64,000 bases of DNA from an uncultured Parcubacteria group bacterium (GCA_947084965.1 CAMTUG010000004.1:23490-87489); one strand, 5' to 3'. Shown: positions 37,268-47,482, counted from the first letter of the stretch. Translations and numbers: made by a program. Notes: generated by a model not told the origin, from the sequence alone.

Positions 37268-40200
37268 TTAACTACATCCGCTCGTGGCCCCGCAGTTCAA
37301 GCACTTGTAGCAAGCGGCGTTGCGCACCATCATCGATCCGCAGGTGGCGCAGGCTGGAGCGTCGGACTGGTTGTCGAAGGTAGAGGTGTGCGTCACTGTG
37401 GTCGCTTTGGCTGGAGCGTTGGCAGCGAGCGGTTCGGCAAAGATGTTCGCTTGTTGCACTTTTGGTTCATCCGTACCGACAGCGGCGGCGACTTCGGCGG
37501 CCTTCTCAACGACTTCGAAGTTCACGCCTACTTCGCGCTGTTCGTCAGGCGACAAGAACTTGAGCGCCATCCAGCGGAAGATATAATCGACCGTTGACTT
37601 GGCGATACGGATATGTTCGTTGTTGGTGAATCCGCTCGGTTCAAAACGGGTGTGTACGAATTTGTTGACGAGGACATGAAGCGGCACACCGTACTGCAAA
37701 CCGATCGAAACCGAAGTGGCGAAGGAATTCATGAGACCAGAGACGACGGAACCGTCCTTGCTCATGGTGATGAACAACTCGCCTGGCTGCCCATCATCAA
37801 ACAATCCAACGGTGATGTACCCTTCATGTCCACCGATCGAGAACTTGTGGGTGATCGAGCGACGTTCGTCTGGCAAACGGCGGCGGCGCGGAGTGGTATC
37901 GACGACCGCGGCAACCGATTTTGATTTTCCAGATTGATCTTTGTCTTGGCTGGTGGTCAACGGCTGTTGACGCTTGGAACCGTCACGATAAATAGCGACC
38001 GCTTTCAATCCAAGACGCGCCCCTTCCATGTACACCTCGGCAATATCTTCTGGGGTGACGTCGCTCGGCATGTTGACCGTCTTTGAAATCGCGCCAGAAA
38101 CGAACGGTTGCACCGCGGCCATCATCCGCACGTGACCCATGTAGCCGATCGAGCGCGTGCCATTCTTGGCTTTAAACGCGCAATCGAAGATCGGCAAATG
38201 AGCGTCTTGAATATGCGGAGCGCCTTCGATCGTATCTTTTTCATCGATGTACTTCAGAATGTCATCGATCTGTTCCTTGGAATACTGCAGGCGCGCTAGT
38301 GCTTCTGGAACGGTTTGGTTGACGATCTTGACCATTCCACCACCGACCAGCCACTTGTATTTAACTAAGGCAAGATCTGGTTCGATCCCGGTCGTGTCAC
38401 AATCCATAAAGAAGGCGATCGTACCGGTTGGAGCGATAACGGAAATTTGCGAGTTCTTCAAACCGAATTTGTCGCCGTGCTCTACCACCTTCTCCCAGGC
38501 CTGACGGTGGGCAGCTTGCAAATCCGCTGGCACGCCGATGTCGGAAACTTGATACGCAGCGTCGCGGTGCATGCGCATCACTTCCATACACGGCTCGGCG
38601 TTCTTTTTGAATCCGTTAAATGGGCCGGTCTTTTCTGCAATCAAGGCGGACTGATCGTAACATTCGCCAGATAACAACGAGGTGATCGCCGCGCAGAAGT
38701 TACGGGCTTCGTCCGAATCGTAAGCCATGCCGCGCGACATGAGGAGCGCGCCCAAGTTGGCATAACCGATCCCGAGCGGACGATAGTCGTGCGAGTTCTG
38801 TTCAATCGACGGCGTTGGGTAGGAGGAGAATCCAACCGAGATTTCCATCGCCGTGATAACCGTGCGTGACGCTTTGGCGAATGACTCGACGTCAAATTCC
38901 ATCGTCTTTCCGTCTGCACTCGGCTTGCGGAACTTCATCAGGTTAAGCGACGCCAAGTTGCAGGCGGTGTCGTTCAAGAACATGTATTCACTGCACGGGT
39001 TGGAGGCATGGATGCGGTCGGTGTTCTTGCAGGTGTGCCACTTGTTGATCGTGGTGTCGTACTGCACGCCCGGATCGCCGCAGTGCCAGGCCGCTTCGGA
39101 CATCATTTTCATCAGATCGCGCGCTTTGAATTTAACCGATTCTTTGCCGGTCGTTACTTCCTTGGTGACCCATTCGCCGTCGTTCTCAACCGCACGAACG
39201 AATTCATCGGTAATGCGCACCGAGTTGTTGGCGTTCTGGAAATAGATCGAAGAATAGGCCGGGCCATCGATCGAACCGTCGTAGCCGGCGTCCATCAACG
39301 CCCAGGCTTTCTTTTCCTCTTCTGATTTACACTTGATGAATTCCTCAACGTCCGGGTGATCGATATTCAAAATAACCATCTTAGCCGCTCGGCGTGTTTT
39401 GCCGCCGGACTTAATCACACCCGCAAAGGCGTCGAGACCTTTCATGAAACTGATCGGGCCTGATGAGCGACCGTTTGATCCGCCCAAGAATTCTTTGCTC
39501 GAACGCAGCGGCGACAAATTGACCCCTGATCCTGAACCACCTTTAAAAATCATCCCCTCTGTGGTGCACAGGTGCAGAATCGAACGCATGTCATCGCTGA
39601 CCGAATTGATGAAACAGGCCGAGCACTGCGGGTGCGGATTGACCCCCACGTTAAACCAGACCGGCGAGTTAAAGGCCGCCATCTGGTGGACAAGAATATG
39701 AGTCAATTCGTGTTCGTAAATCTCGGCATCCTCGGCTGTTTGGAAATACCCGCCAGCGCGGCCCCAGTTGGACATCGTCACCGCCACGCGCGAAACGAGT
39801 TGTTTGACGCTCGTCTCACGATCAGCTTGGCCAACTTTGCCACGGAAATATTTTTGCACCACGATATTGGTTGCTGTCTGCGACCAAAAGTCTGGAACTT
39901 CAACGTCGGTCTGTTCAAAAATAACGCCGCCCTTTTCGTTGGTAATTTTGGCTGTGCGCTTGACCCAGTTGATCAGGTCGTACGGATGCTTACCCGGAGT
40001 AGTGAAATAACGCTGCCAGGCAAGGCCGTGTCCGTATTTTGGTTCTGTGGAAACCGCGCGAGCATCAAACTTGGCTTGGGCGTACTTTTTCGAAATGTGG
40101 ACGAGGTTGTGATCGATACAGGTCAAGTTGATGACTTCGCGGATCGCCGCCGTCTTCGGAACGGTGTGTCCATCATAGACGCGCTGTAGCCGACCGAGAA

Positions 40201-40417
40201 CCGTTTCGACAATTCGGTCGACCAACGTTTCGTCGCGTGTGCCGGCCGCGGCAAAGGCCTTAGCCACCGAAGCGCGCAACTTATCCTTAGAAAAATCTTC
40301 CTGACGCCCATCATCCTTGATGACAAACTTTAAACTGGTCATGTAGTTCCAAACGGCGTCGACAGCGCCACTGGCTGACTGGGTACCGACCTGCGTGGAT
40401 GGGGCGAAGTTGGACAT
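37268..40417 (-). CDS. nrdJ: Class II (AdoCbl-dependent) ribonucleotide reductase with ATP cone and C-terminal TSCPD/Zn-finger region
   Basis: VIKDDGRQEDF ATP cone, FNSP, QCSACFI, SNPCSE, IAPTGTI, GAISKTVN, CATCG...CLNCG. Confidence 0.95.
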   Translation of the reverse strand: MSNFAPSTQVGTQSASGAVDAVWNYMTSLKFVIKDDGRQEDFSKDKLRASVAKAFAAAGTRDETLVDRIVETVLGRLQRVYDGHTVPKTAAIREVINLTCIDHNLVHISKKYAQAKFDARAVSTEPKYGHGLAWQRYFTTPGKHPYDLINWVKRTAKITNEKGGVIFEQTDVEVPDFWSQTATNIVVQKYFRGKVGQADRETSVKQLVSRVAVTMSNWGRAGGYFQTAEDAEIYEHELTHILVHQMAAFNSPVWFNVGVNPHPQCSACFINSVSDDMRSILHLCTTEGMIFKGGSGSGVNLSPLRSSKEFLGGSNGRSSGPISFMKGLDAFAGVIKSGGKTRRAAKMVILNIDHPDVEEFIKCKSEEEKKAWALMDAGYDGSIDGPAYSSIYFQNANNSVRITDEFVRAVENDGEWVTKEVTTGKESVKFKARDLMKMMSEAAWHCGDPGVQYDTTINKWHTCKNTDRIHASNPCSEYMFLNDTACNLASLNLMKFRKPSADGKTMEFDVESFAKASRTVITAMEISVGFSSYPTPSIEQNSHDYRPLGIGYANLGALLMSRGMAYDSDEARNFCAAITSLLSGECYDQSALIAEKTGPFNGFKKNAEPCMEVMRMHRDAAYQVSDIGVPADLQAAHRQAWEKVVEHGDKFGLKNSQISVIAPTGTIAFFMDCDTTGIEPDLALVKYKWLVGGGMVKIVNQTVPEALARLQYSKEQIDDILKYIDEKDTIEGAPHIQDAHLPIFDCAFKAKNGTRSIGYMGHVRMMAAVQPFVSGAISKTVNMPSDVTPEDIAEVYMEGARLGLKAVAIYRDGSKRQQPLTTSQDKDQSGKSKSVAAVVDTTPRRRRLPDERRSITHKFSIGGHEGYITVGLFDDGQPGELFITMSKDGSVVSGLMNSFATSVSIGLQYGVPLHVLVNKFVHTRFEPSGFTNNEHIRIAKSTVDYIFRWMALKFLSPDEQREVGVNFEVVEKAAEVAAAVGTDEPKVQQANIFAEPLAANAPAKATTVTHTSTFDNQSDAPACATCGSMMVRNAACYKCLNCGATSGCS

Positions 40418-40439
40418 AATATAGAAATGGTTTAGCTTT

Positions 40440-40566
40440 GTGAAACTTTTGAAACTGGATGAGATGCGATGTGCTGGAGGAGAGAAAACAGCGAGACGTA
40501 GTATGACCTACGTTGAGCTGTTTTCGATCCGAAGCACGAGCAGGTCGTCAGTTTCAGAAGTTTCAC
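40440..40566. repeat. Long bulged palindrome in the nrdJ leader
   Basis: GTGAAACTTTTGAAACTG...CAGTTTCAGAAGTTTCAC with nested GAAAACAGC/GCTGTTTTC and ACGTAG/CTACGT. Confidence 0.7.
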
Positions 40567-40624
40567 TGAGACGAAGGAAGTCCTCCAAGCATGGATAGGA
40601 CTTCCCACAGTTTTTACCTCCAGA

Positions 40625-40673
40625 CCACAAGATATTGTGGTCAACAGTTAGATTCTACCACAAGGGATTGTGT
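40625..40673. promoter_or_regulatory. Tandem NrdR boxes
   Basis: CCACAAGATATTGTGG (40625-40640) and CCACAAGGGATTGTGT (40658-40673), starts 33 bp apart, upstream of nrdJ. Confidence 0.75.
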
Positions 40674-40690
40674 TGATGCAAAAGGGACGG

Positions 40691-40699
40691 TTATCCACA
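40691..40699 (+). promoter_or_regulatory. DnaA box upstream of nrdJ
   Basis: Perfect TTATCCACA. Confidence 0.5.
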
Positions 40700-40718
40700 G
40701 ATACCTGCTTTTTGCGAC

Positions 40719-41297
40719 TCAAAATCCCATCGTTAAATTGATCTTTGGCTCGGCAACAGGGACGTCTTGAAAATCGATCGGGACATCGTGGCAGACCCCC
40801 AAGCGATCGAAATAGCGGACAATACCGTACTGCTTTCCGAACTCATACACCTCTTTCGTCACCCGCACGTCGTCGAGGCAGTATTTTTTGATCTTCTCTA
40901 CCTCCCCTTGCTTCCACCACTCCACCGCCTGCAACCCATGACCGGTTTTGCCGTGTCCAACCGTCGCGGCAGCCACGTCGTCAAGCTTCACCCGGAAACC
41001 AAGTTGCTTGGCGATCAGTTCGAGAATATCGAGCGAAGGGAAGGTTAAAAAATCCCCGGCGTAATAGTTATTCATGACCGGATAGTCAAAATGCTTGGTG
41101 TTGTACCCGATGATCCGGCCGGACTTTTCGAGCCGGGTCCAGAGCTTGGGCAACTCGTGCTCTTCATAAGCAATGTACTCGTCGGTTTCGTAAAAATAAC
41201 AACCGACAACAGAGATCTTCAGAAGCTTGGTATCCCAACTCCCCGCCTCCTGAAAGGTGTTCTGGGTTTCAATGTCGAGGACAACTTCATTAGCCAT
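40719..41297 (-). CDS. RNase H-like (DEDD) exonuclease domain protein
   Basis: VLDIET, GYN..FD, YCLDDV. Confidence 0.85.
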   Translation of the reverse strand: MANEVVLDIETQNTFQEAGSWDTKLLKISVVGCYFYETDEYIAYEEHELPKLWTRLEKSGRIIGYNTKHFDYPVMNNYYAGDFLTFPSLDILELIAKQLGFRVKLDDVAAATVGHGKTGHGLQAVEWWKQGEVEKIKKYCLDDVRVTKEVYEFGKQYGIVRYFDRLGVCHDVPIDFQDVPVAEPKINLTMGF

Positions 41298-41354
41298 AGC
41301 GGGGAGATTATAGCATAATGGAGAGGTCCGCCAAGAGTCATTAAAAGATCGATT

Positions 41355-41849
41355 ATGCGTAACGTTCTCCCTGCGATCGCCGCCTTATTATTGGTCGGTG
41401 GAGGATGCCTAAATGCCGGGGTCGAGGTTGACTCGACAACGGAATCAAAGGTCGAAGCAGAGCAAATGATTATTGGTGCTGTCGAAGGAACGGTGGACAC
41501 AGAGGTGAACGTTGAAGCCGGAGCCGGAACAGTGATTGAGGTGGAAGGAGGAGCGGAAGTCGAGGCCAACACAAAGGCCGAAGTGATCGTATCTATCACC
41601 TCAAGCGGATTTTCACCAGCGTCGATCACGGTCGAAGCCGGCACAACCGTTACGTTCGTCAACAACGACACGATCCCTCACTGGCCAGCGAGCAACCCGC
41701 ACCCCGTCCATACTACGCTCAGCGCCTTTGATTCCAAAGGCAAAGTTCAGCCAGGCGATTCCTACAGCTACACCTTCACCGACGAAGGGACTTGGAAATA
41801 TCACTGTCACCTGCGTCCAGGGTTAACGGGTGAAGTGATCGTTGAATAA
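41355..41849 (+). CDS. Cupredoxin (plastocyanin-like) lipoprotein
   Basis: LLVGGGC, FSP..ITVEAGTTVTF, HWPASNPHPVH, YHCHL. Confidence 0.85.
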   Translation: MRNVLPAIAALLLVGGGCLNAGVEVDSTTESKVEAEQMIIGAVEGTVDTEVNVEAGAGTVIEVEGGAEVEANTKAEVIVSITSSGFSPASITVEAGTTVTFVNNDTIPHWPASNPHPVHTTLSAFDSKGKVQPGDSYSYTFTDEGTWKYHCHLRPGLTGEVIVE

Positions 41850-41867
41850 AGCCAAAAACAGACCTTC

Positions 41868-41934
41868 GCTCCGCAGGACCACACCACGACATAGAATGTT
41901 GGCCATTAATGTCGTGGCGTGATCCTGACTCCGC
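41868..41934 (+). repeat. 67-bp structured repeat, copy 1
   Basis: GCTCCGCAGGACCACACCACGACATAGAATGTTGGCCATTAATGTCGTGGCGTGATCCTGACTCCGC. Confidence 0.85.
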
Positions 41935-41945
41935 TCGGGTCTGTT

Positions 41946-43349
41946 TTAAATTACTTCAACGGTGCTTGCCGCTCCCGAAATCGCTTCAGAAAAGGTTGGA
42001 AAGGCGTGCATCATGTCGGCTAGATCATACAAGGTCGCCTTCATCCGTATCGCCAGCGCGACTTCGTGAATCATCTCCCCTGCGCCGTGGCCTTGAATGC
42101 ACCCCCCAACGACCACCCCTGTTTTCGGGTGAGCGATTAACTTGACCCGGCCCTGAGCAGACGAATCGGTAACAGATCGTCCGAGGGCAGAAAGGGGGAA
42201 TCGTCCGATGTAGGTACTGCCAAACGCCTTCTTTGCCTCTTCACTCGTCATTCCAACAGAAGCGATCTCTGGCTCGACAAACGTTACCCTCGGCACAACC
42301 GACAGATCACGCACCAAAAATCCTTTTGTTTTGCCGAGCGCTTTTAGGGCAGCGTTCGTTCCTGCGATCGTCCCTTTGTGATGGGCAGTGTGGGTGAACT
42401 GCAATCCTCCATCGACATCTCCGGCGGCAAAGATATGTGAAAGGCTCGTGGCTCCGCGATCGTCGGTAAGTAGATCACCCTGTTTGTCGAGCTTGACCTT
42501 GATCGTATCGAGACCTAATCCTTCGACCCTGGCGCGCTTTCCTGCGGCAAGCAGAATCGATTCAACGTGAACGGTCCCATCCTTCAGGACAACGGTTTTT
42601 GTTTTTCCAGCAACACCGACGGACACAATCTCCGCACCGGTGCGCACCGTCACCCCCATCGCCTCAAGCGCCCGTCCGGCCAGTTCAGCGATCTCGCGAT
42701 CCTCTCGTGACAACACAACATCCGCTCGTTGAATAAGCGTCGTTGCCACACCAAATGAAGCAAAAAACGTGGCGAACTCACAGCCGACCGGGCCAGCCCC
42801 GATGATCGCGATCGATGCCGGGAGCTTTTTTAATGAAACAGCCTCTTTGAACGTTAGATAGGATGATTCAGGGAGCCCGCTAATCGGGGGCACAAATTCC
42901 GCCGTCCCTGTCGCGATGACAAACGCCTTGGCGGTGACCTCTTGAATTCCACCGTCCTTTCCTGTAACCGCGATCGTCTGCTTATCAATGAACCGAGCCG
43001 TTCCGGCTACAAAGGTGATCTCTAACTCGCGCAACAATTCCTCATAACGCTTGCCCACTTCGCCGCCGCCGGTAATCGCTGCCACCACCCGATCTTTGTA
43101 GGCCATGACCTGCGCAAAATCGAATTCCACACGACGGACGATGACTCCAAAATCCGAGGCGCGTTTCGTCGCTCGATAGACTCGTGCCGCTTTGAGCAAT
43201 GCTTTGGTCGGAATGCAGGCCCAATTGGGACATTCACCCCCGAGCTTTTCGCGTTCAACAATGCAGACCGCTGCCCCGCGTTCGCGGGCCGCTTCCGCCG
43301 CCGCAAAACCTGCTGACCCCGCACCGATAATCACGACATCAAAGGTCAT
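41946..43349 (-). CDS. Pyridine nucleotide-disulfide oxidoreductase (Lpd/MerA family)
   Basis: GAGSAG, GGECPNWACIPTK, GAGPVG, HAFPT. Confidence 0.9.
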   Translation of the reverse strand: MTFDVVIIGAGSAGFAAAEAARERGAAVCIVEREKLGGECPNWACIPTKALLKAARVYRATKRASDFGVIVRRVEFDFAQVMAYKDRVVAAITGGGEVGKRYEELLRELEITFVAGTARFIDKQTIAVTGKDGGIQEVTAKAFVIATGTAEFVPPISGLPESSYLTFKEAVSLKKLPASIAIIGAGPVGCEFATFFASFGVATTLIQRADVVLSREDREIAELAGRALEAMGVTVRTGAEIVSVGVAGKTKTVVLKDGTVHVESILLAAGKRARVEGLGLDTIKVKLDKQGDLLTDDRGATSLSHIFAAGDVDGGLQFTHTAHHKGTIAGTNAALKALGKTKGFLVRDLSVVPRVTFVEPEIASVGMTSEEAKKAFGSTYIGRFPLSALGRSVTDSSAQGRVKLIAHPKTGVVVGGCIQGHGAGEMIHEVALAIRMKATLYDLADMMHAFPTFSEAISGAASTVEVI

Positions 43350-44344
43350 AAAGCAAAGAGTTCTTTGGCCGCCTCCCAATAATCATCATTCCCTTGGACC
43401 TTCATCAAATACCACCACTCCACCCCCCACAAATGGATCTCATCAAACCCGCCTTGGGCAGCAAAGGCGATGTTGGCCGAAAACTCCTCGGGCGGAAACG
43501 AGTTCACCTGATCGACTAAGGACATCTCCTGAGGCGGGTCGCGGAAGAACGGCTCCATCTGAAGCTCGGAGACGATCACGTGGGCGAACGGTTCAGCCGC
43601 CGCCGCCTTAGCCCGATAAAAGTCCGGCCCAAGGGGGAAGACAAAATAGCCGATCTGCTCGTTCCAGGTCACGCGATACATCGACACCCCGAGAACGTCG
43701 GCCGGAATCGCGCTTTCCACCCAGAATTCAGCCTCGCCAGAGGTCGTGATCACGATCGGCTTGTTGGAAATGGACCGCACCAAGTCCAACTCATGAGTAA
43801 AGAGTTCGTAATCGGGCGGCGGACACTCCCCAAACGGAAAGAACGGCTCGTTTTCTACCTGCCAACGCCCAAGTGCGGGATGGTCATTATAACGACGCAC
43901 CGTTGTTTCCAAAAAATCTAAGACCGCCTGGTTTTGATATTCACGGCCTAGCCGCTCCGCCCAGTCAGGGATGTAACATTCTGGCCAGCGCGGAACTTTA
44001 CGACCGACAGCGAGCGTGACTGTGGCATGACGAAGAGCGGCTTCGTCCATCATGAAGTCAATGTCATTCCAATAAAACTCTCCGTCGGACCGTTCCACGT
44101 CGCTCCAGGCCACCGGAATGCGAAGATGTCTCACCCCCACCTCGTCGAGCGTATCAATAAACACCTTGCGCCAATCGAGTCCTAAGTCCCTGGCGTAATT
44201 GGCAGAAAAGGTCACTCCGAAGATCTTTTCTTCCGGTTGCCGCATCGCCCAAAAGCGCACACAAGCCAGAACAATAACAACAAGGACGAGCGCCAGGAAG
44301 GCGATCACTTCAGCGCTCTGTTTGTTCCCCCTTTTGAAAAACAT
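43346..44344 (-). CDS. Membrane-anchored clan GH-A glycoside hydrolase
   Basis: GVTFS, GRKVPRWPEC, WQVENEP, SELQMEP, LWGVEWWY. Confidence 0.8.
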   Translation of the reverse strand: MFFKRGNKQSAEVIAFLALVLVVIVLACVRFWAMRQPEEKIFGVTFSANYARDLGLDWRKVFIDTLDEVGVRHLRIPVAWSDVERSDGEFYWNDIDFMMDEAALRHATVTLAVGRKVPRWPECYIPDWAERLGREYQNQAVLDFLETTVRRYNDHPALGRWQVENEPFFPFGECPPPDYELFTHELDLVRSISNKPIVITTSGEAEFWVESAIPADVLGVSMYRVTWNEQIGYFVFPLGPDFYRAKAAAAEPFAHVIVSELQMEPFFRDPPQEMSLVDQVNSFPPEEFSANIAFAAQGGFDEIHLWGVEWWYLMKVQGNDDYWEAAKELFAL

Positions 44345-44347
44345 GAT

Positions 44348-45979
44348 TTATTCTAATTCCTCTTTTTTCTCGCGTACAAAGGCCATCCACCCTTCAATCA
44401 CTTCGATCGCCAGTTTAAACGGTGCTTCGATGATGAAATCCATGAAGAAGATGAAGACGTTAATGCGCGGCGTGCGGATGGAGATCCAGCGGCCCACACG
44501 CACGATCGGAAGCATAAACCAATCGATCAAAGCGCCAATAATCCCGGTACGACCCCTGTCCACAACGACCTCCTTAATCGATTGGCGAATCTGCAAGCCA
44601 AAAAAAGTGACGAGGGTGAGGAACAGGAGGAAGATACTCATCGACACGATGTTGAATCCGAATCCGATCAAAAGCGTGCCGATAAAGCCGAAGACAAAAA
44701 TAAAGCTGAAGGCATAGAGCAACCCGAACGTCCAGGTGAACGCCTGATTCCACCCTTTGGTGACTTTGAAGATCATGTTCAGCTCTTGGGTTCCAAAGGC
44801 GATCGAACGGACGCCCTTTTGAATCGTCTTCACGTGCAGTTTGATGTTCAACTGCGCTGTCAAAGCGATGAAGGCGAGCAAAAGCGGGGGGAACACAATA
44901 TTAACCGCGAGCGGGAGCATCGACGTTTCATGGGCGATCACCAAGTCGTACGGCAATTCAATAACGAGGGCGAGCAACATCTTTGTCACGAACAGGAAGG
45001 CGACCGCACGGAAGACACGACGCGCCTTACGCGACTGAAAGAGATGGATGCGCGCTGCCGCCGCCTTGCCGACGAGCTTATCAAGTTCAGCCGAATCCCC
45101 GACCGCGCTTAAAAACTCTTGCGGATTCTTAGCTACGACATCAAACAAGACATTGAAGAGCACCGCGAACTTACGTACCTCACGGCTCAGACGCTCCGCG
45201 ATCGGATGTTTGATCTGTCCATCCACGGTGGCGATCACCTGGTCGAGGCGGGCGGCGATCTCCTCGTTCGTATGGCCCGTTTTCCAATCTGGGTGATAGA
45301 GCAAAAACACGCGGGAACGCAAACGGGCGGCGTCCGCCTTTAGCAACGTTCGATAGACCGCAAGATACAACTGAAGCTCACGCTCGTCTTCTGACAGACT
45401 CCCCTTTTTCCACTCAATCTTTTCCTGCAAAATGCGATAGGCAAAAGAAGCCAGGGCATCTTCCCGCGTTGGCGGAGCAACATGACTCTCGACATCGATC
45501 GCCATCAAATCCAGGATGAAATCAAAGGCGAGCGAAGGATTGCTTGACCTCGATACGGCCGCAACGAGCGGATTGTATTTGACGAGGGCGGCCGCAACCG
45601 TATCGATCACCGCGATCGGGATCGTGTTGTTCGGGAGATACCGCGCCCAGATCAATTCGGTGATCACGTCTTTGGCCAACTGCCAAGACTCAACGTCTAC
45701 TCCAATACGGCGCTTCAGGACCCGACGAATGGCGTTGCGGCGCAAGCGATGTTCCTCTTCGTATTCTAAAACGTTGCGCAGTTTTTCATACAGTGCAGCG
45801 GCGGCACTCACCGTATCCGCCACCTGAATCGTTTCTTCCCCTTCTTTGGCATGAACGACCTCTTCGATTTCAAAAATGGTCGGAAGTTGAAGAATCCGCT
45901 GATCAAGTTCGTGTTTTCCCGCCGCTTCGTGGCCATGCCCACCGCCATGCCCACCGTGTCCGCCGTGTGAATCGCTCAT
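44348..45979 (-). CDS. Membrane protein of unknown function with His/Gly-rich N-terminus
   Basis: YEKLRN..EYEEEH.LRRNAI.R, four C-terminal TM helices, IEAPFK. Confidence 0.75.
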   Translation of the reverse strand: MSDSHGGHGGHGGGHGHEAAGKHELDQRILQLPTIFEIEEVVHAKEGEETIQVADTVSAAAALYEKLRNVLEYEEEHRLRRNAIRRVLKRRIGVDVESWQLAKDVITELIWARYLPNNTIPIAVIDTVAAALVKYNPLVAAVSRSSNPSLAFDFILDLMAIDVESHVAPPTREDALASFAYRILQEKIEWKKGSLSEDERELQLYLAVYRTLLKADAARLRSRVFLLYHPDWKTGHTNEEIAARLDQVIATVDGQIKHPIAERLSREVRKFAVLFNVLFDVVAKNPQEFLSAVGDSAELDKLVGKAAAARIHLFQSRKARRVFRAVAFLFVTKMLLALVIELPYDLVIAHETSMLPLAVNIVFPPLLLAFIALTAQLNIKLHVKTIQKGVRSIAFGTQELNMIFKVTKGWNQAFTWTFGLLYAFSFIFVFGFIGTLLIGFGFNIVSMSIFLLFLTLVTFFGLQIRQSIKEVVVDRGRTGIIGALIDWFMLPIVRVGRWISIRTPRINVFIFFMDFIIEAPFKLAIEVIEGWMAFVREKKEELE

Positions 45980-46029
45980 ATGTTCTAAGGGCATTTTAGC
46001 CCAAAACACTGGATTAAGCCAGCCACAGT

Positions 46030-46096
46030 GCGGAGTCAGGATCACGTCACGACATTAATGGCCAAAATTCTATGTCGTGGCGGGATTCTGCGGAGC
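46030..46096 (-). repeat. 67-bp structured repeat, copy 2
   Basis: Reverse complement matches 41868-41934 with about six substitutions. Confidence 0.85.
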
Positions 46097-46112
46097 ACCT
46101 GTGGCTTGCCAG

Positions 46113-47459
46113 CTAGACAATGAGTGGCAACGGATGAATTTCGCTCTTGCGTCCCAAAACAATATCCTCGATGCGATAGGCCCCGTGGGTCGGCGCTTCC
46201 ACGTAGCCGTTCCAAGCCATGCGTGCCACCCCCCCGGAATTAATCCAGTCGAAGAGCCACTCGTTCATGTAGCGCGGATCTGACATTGGGACGCCTCCCC
46301 CGATGTACTGCAACCAAACGGCGTTAAACTGTTCTTGTGAACCGATCGGCGGAGCCATGATGATCGGCACCCCAAGCGCCGTGTAGAACGACATTTCCGA
46401 CGGCTTGGTCATGACGATATCTGTTTCGTGCAAGAACGCGTTAAACGCTTCGAAATATTCCGCGCGATCTTTGTATACAGGAATCAATAAACTCTTACCG
46501 ATCTCTTTGCCGAGACCAAGTTCCTTGGCACTCTCAATGTAATAATCGGCCACGTTCTTACGAATCCCCGCAAACAAAGCCAAGCGAATGCGATGCTGGC
46601 GAATGTCATGAGCGAGGGACGTCATCACGTCTACCCCGAGTTTGCGCTGAGCACCGGCACCGCCAACAGAAAACGACAAGGTGAGTGGATGGGTCTTTTT
46701 TGGCACACATTTGGCGGCCCCAAGCGCGGCACGGATCGTTTTGGCGTAGCGCGAAAGAAAGATGCCGTTCGGATCGAGGTTGCAGATACGGCCCATCAGA
46801 TCGGCTTGCAGCACTTTCTCTGGATAACCGCCGATTAAATCTTTTGGGAGCGGAAAACCGGTAAGGAAGATCTGATTCTCTGGTACACCGTACAATTGCA
46901 GGCGTTCCTTACACCGGCCATTGGCGGCAAAGTATTTGATCTTTGAATTTTTCGGATCCAGCGGCGCCCAGTGGCGGGCGATGTCCGTGTCGGTTGTCAC
47001 GCAATAAATCTCACCTGGGTAGCCGTAGTAGTCAGCCATGAACGCGACCGTAAAAAAGGTCGTGACGATCGGCAACGGATCTTCGCGCAACTTCTCAATC
47101 AGGTGCTTCCCCCATCCTTTTTTGATCATCCGGTACACCTGCCGCAATTGCAACGACGGTTTGGATAAGTCACGCCGCGGATAAAACGGCGGGATCTCTT
47201 GAAATTCATCCATGATGCCGAACATCAAGTCCCCGATGATCGGAATCGGTTTCAAACGCGAAATGGCTTCGTAAATCTTGCGGCCTTCCTCCCAAAACTT
47301 TCGGTCCGACGTGGGGATTCCACGATAATCGTTCGCCGTGACAATGTCGTGGCCAGCCAGATCGCGAATCGCATAGGCGGCACGGGCGTGGCCGTATCCC
47401 ATGTTGACGTCGATCACGTGCGCCATCTTTCGGTGATGCTGTTGGTGATGATAAGCCAT
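46113..47459 (-). CDS. GT-B fold glycosyltransferase-like protein (DUF6938-like)
   Basis: VNMGYGH, TDTDIARHW, TGFPLP, VGGAGAQ, TKPSE. Confidence 0.75.
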   Translation of the reverse strand: MAYHHQQHHRKMAHVIDVNMGYGHARAAYAIRDLAGHDIVTANDYRGIPTSDRKFWEEGRKIYEAISRLKPIPIIGDLMFGIMDEFQEIPPFYPRRDLSKPSLQLRQVYRMIKKGWGKHLIEKLREDPLPIVTTFFTVAFMADYYGYPGEIYCVTTDTDIARHWAPLDPKNSKIKYFAANGRCKERLQLYGVPENQIFLTGFPLPKDLIGGYPEKVLQADLMGRICNLDPNGIFLSRYAKTIRAALGAAKCVPKKTHPLTLSFSVGGAGAQRKLGVDVMTSLAHDIRQHRIRLALFAGIRKNVADYYIESAKELGLGKEIGKSLLIPVYKDRAEYFEAFNAFLHETDIVMTKPSEMSFYTALGVPIIMAPPIGSQEQFNAVWLQYIGGGVPMSDPRYMNEWLFDWINSGGVARMAWNGYVEAPTHGAYRIEDIVLGRKSEIHPLPLIV

Positions 47460-47482
47460 AATATTTTGAGATGTCTGATATT

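Noticed and set aside
40440-40610. Cobalamin riboswitch upstream of nrdJ
   Set aside because: B12-box and the conserved GCCACTG core are not found
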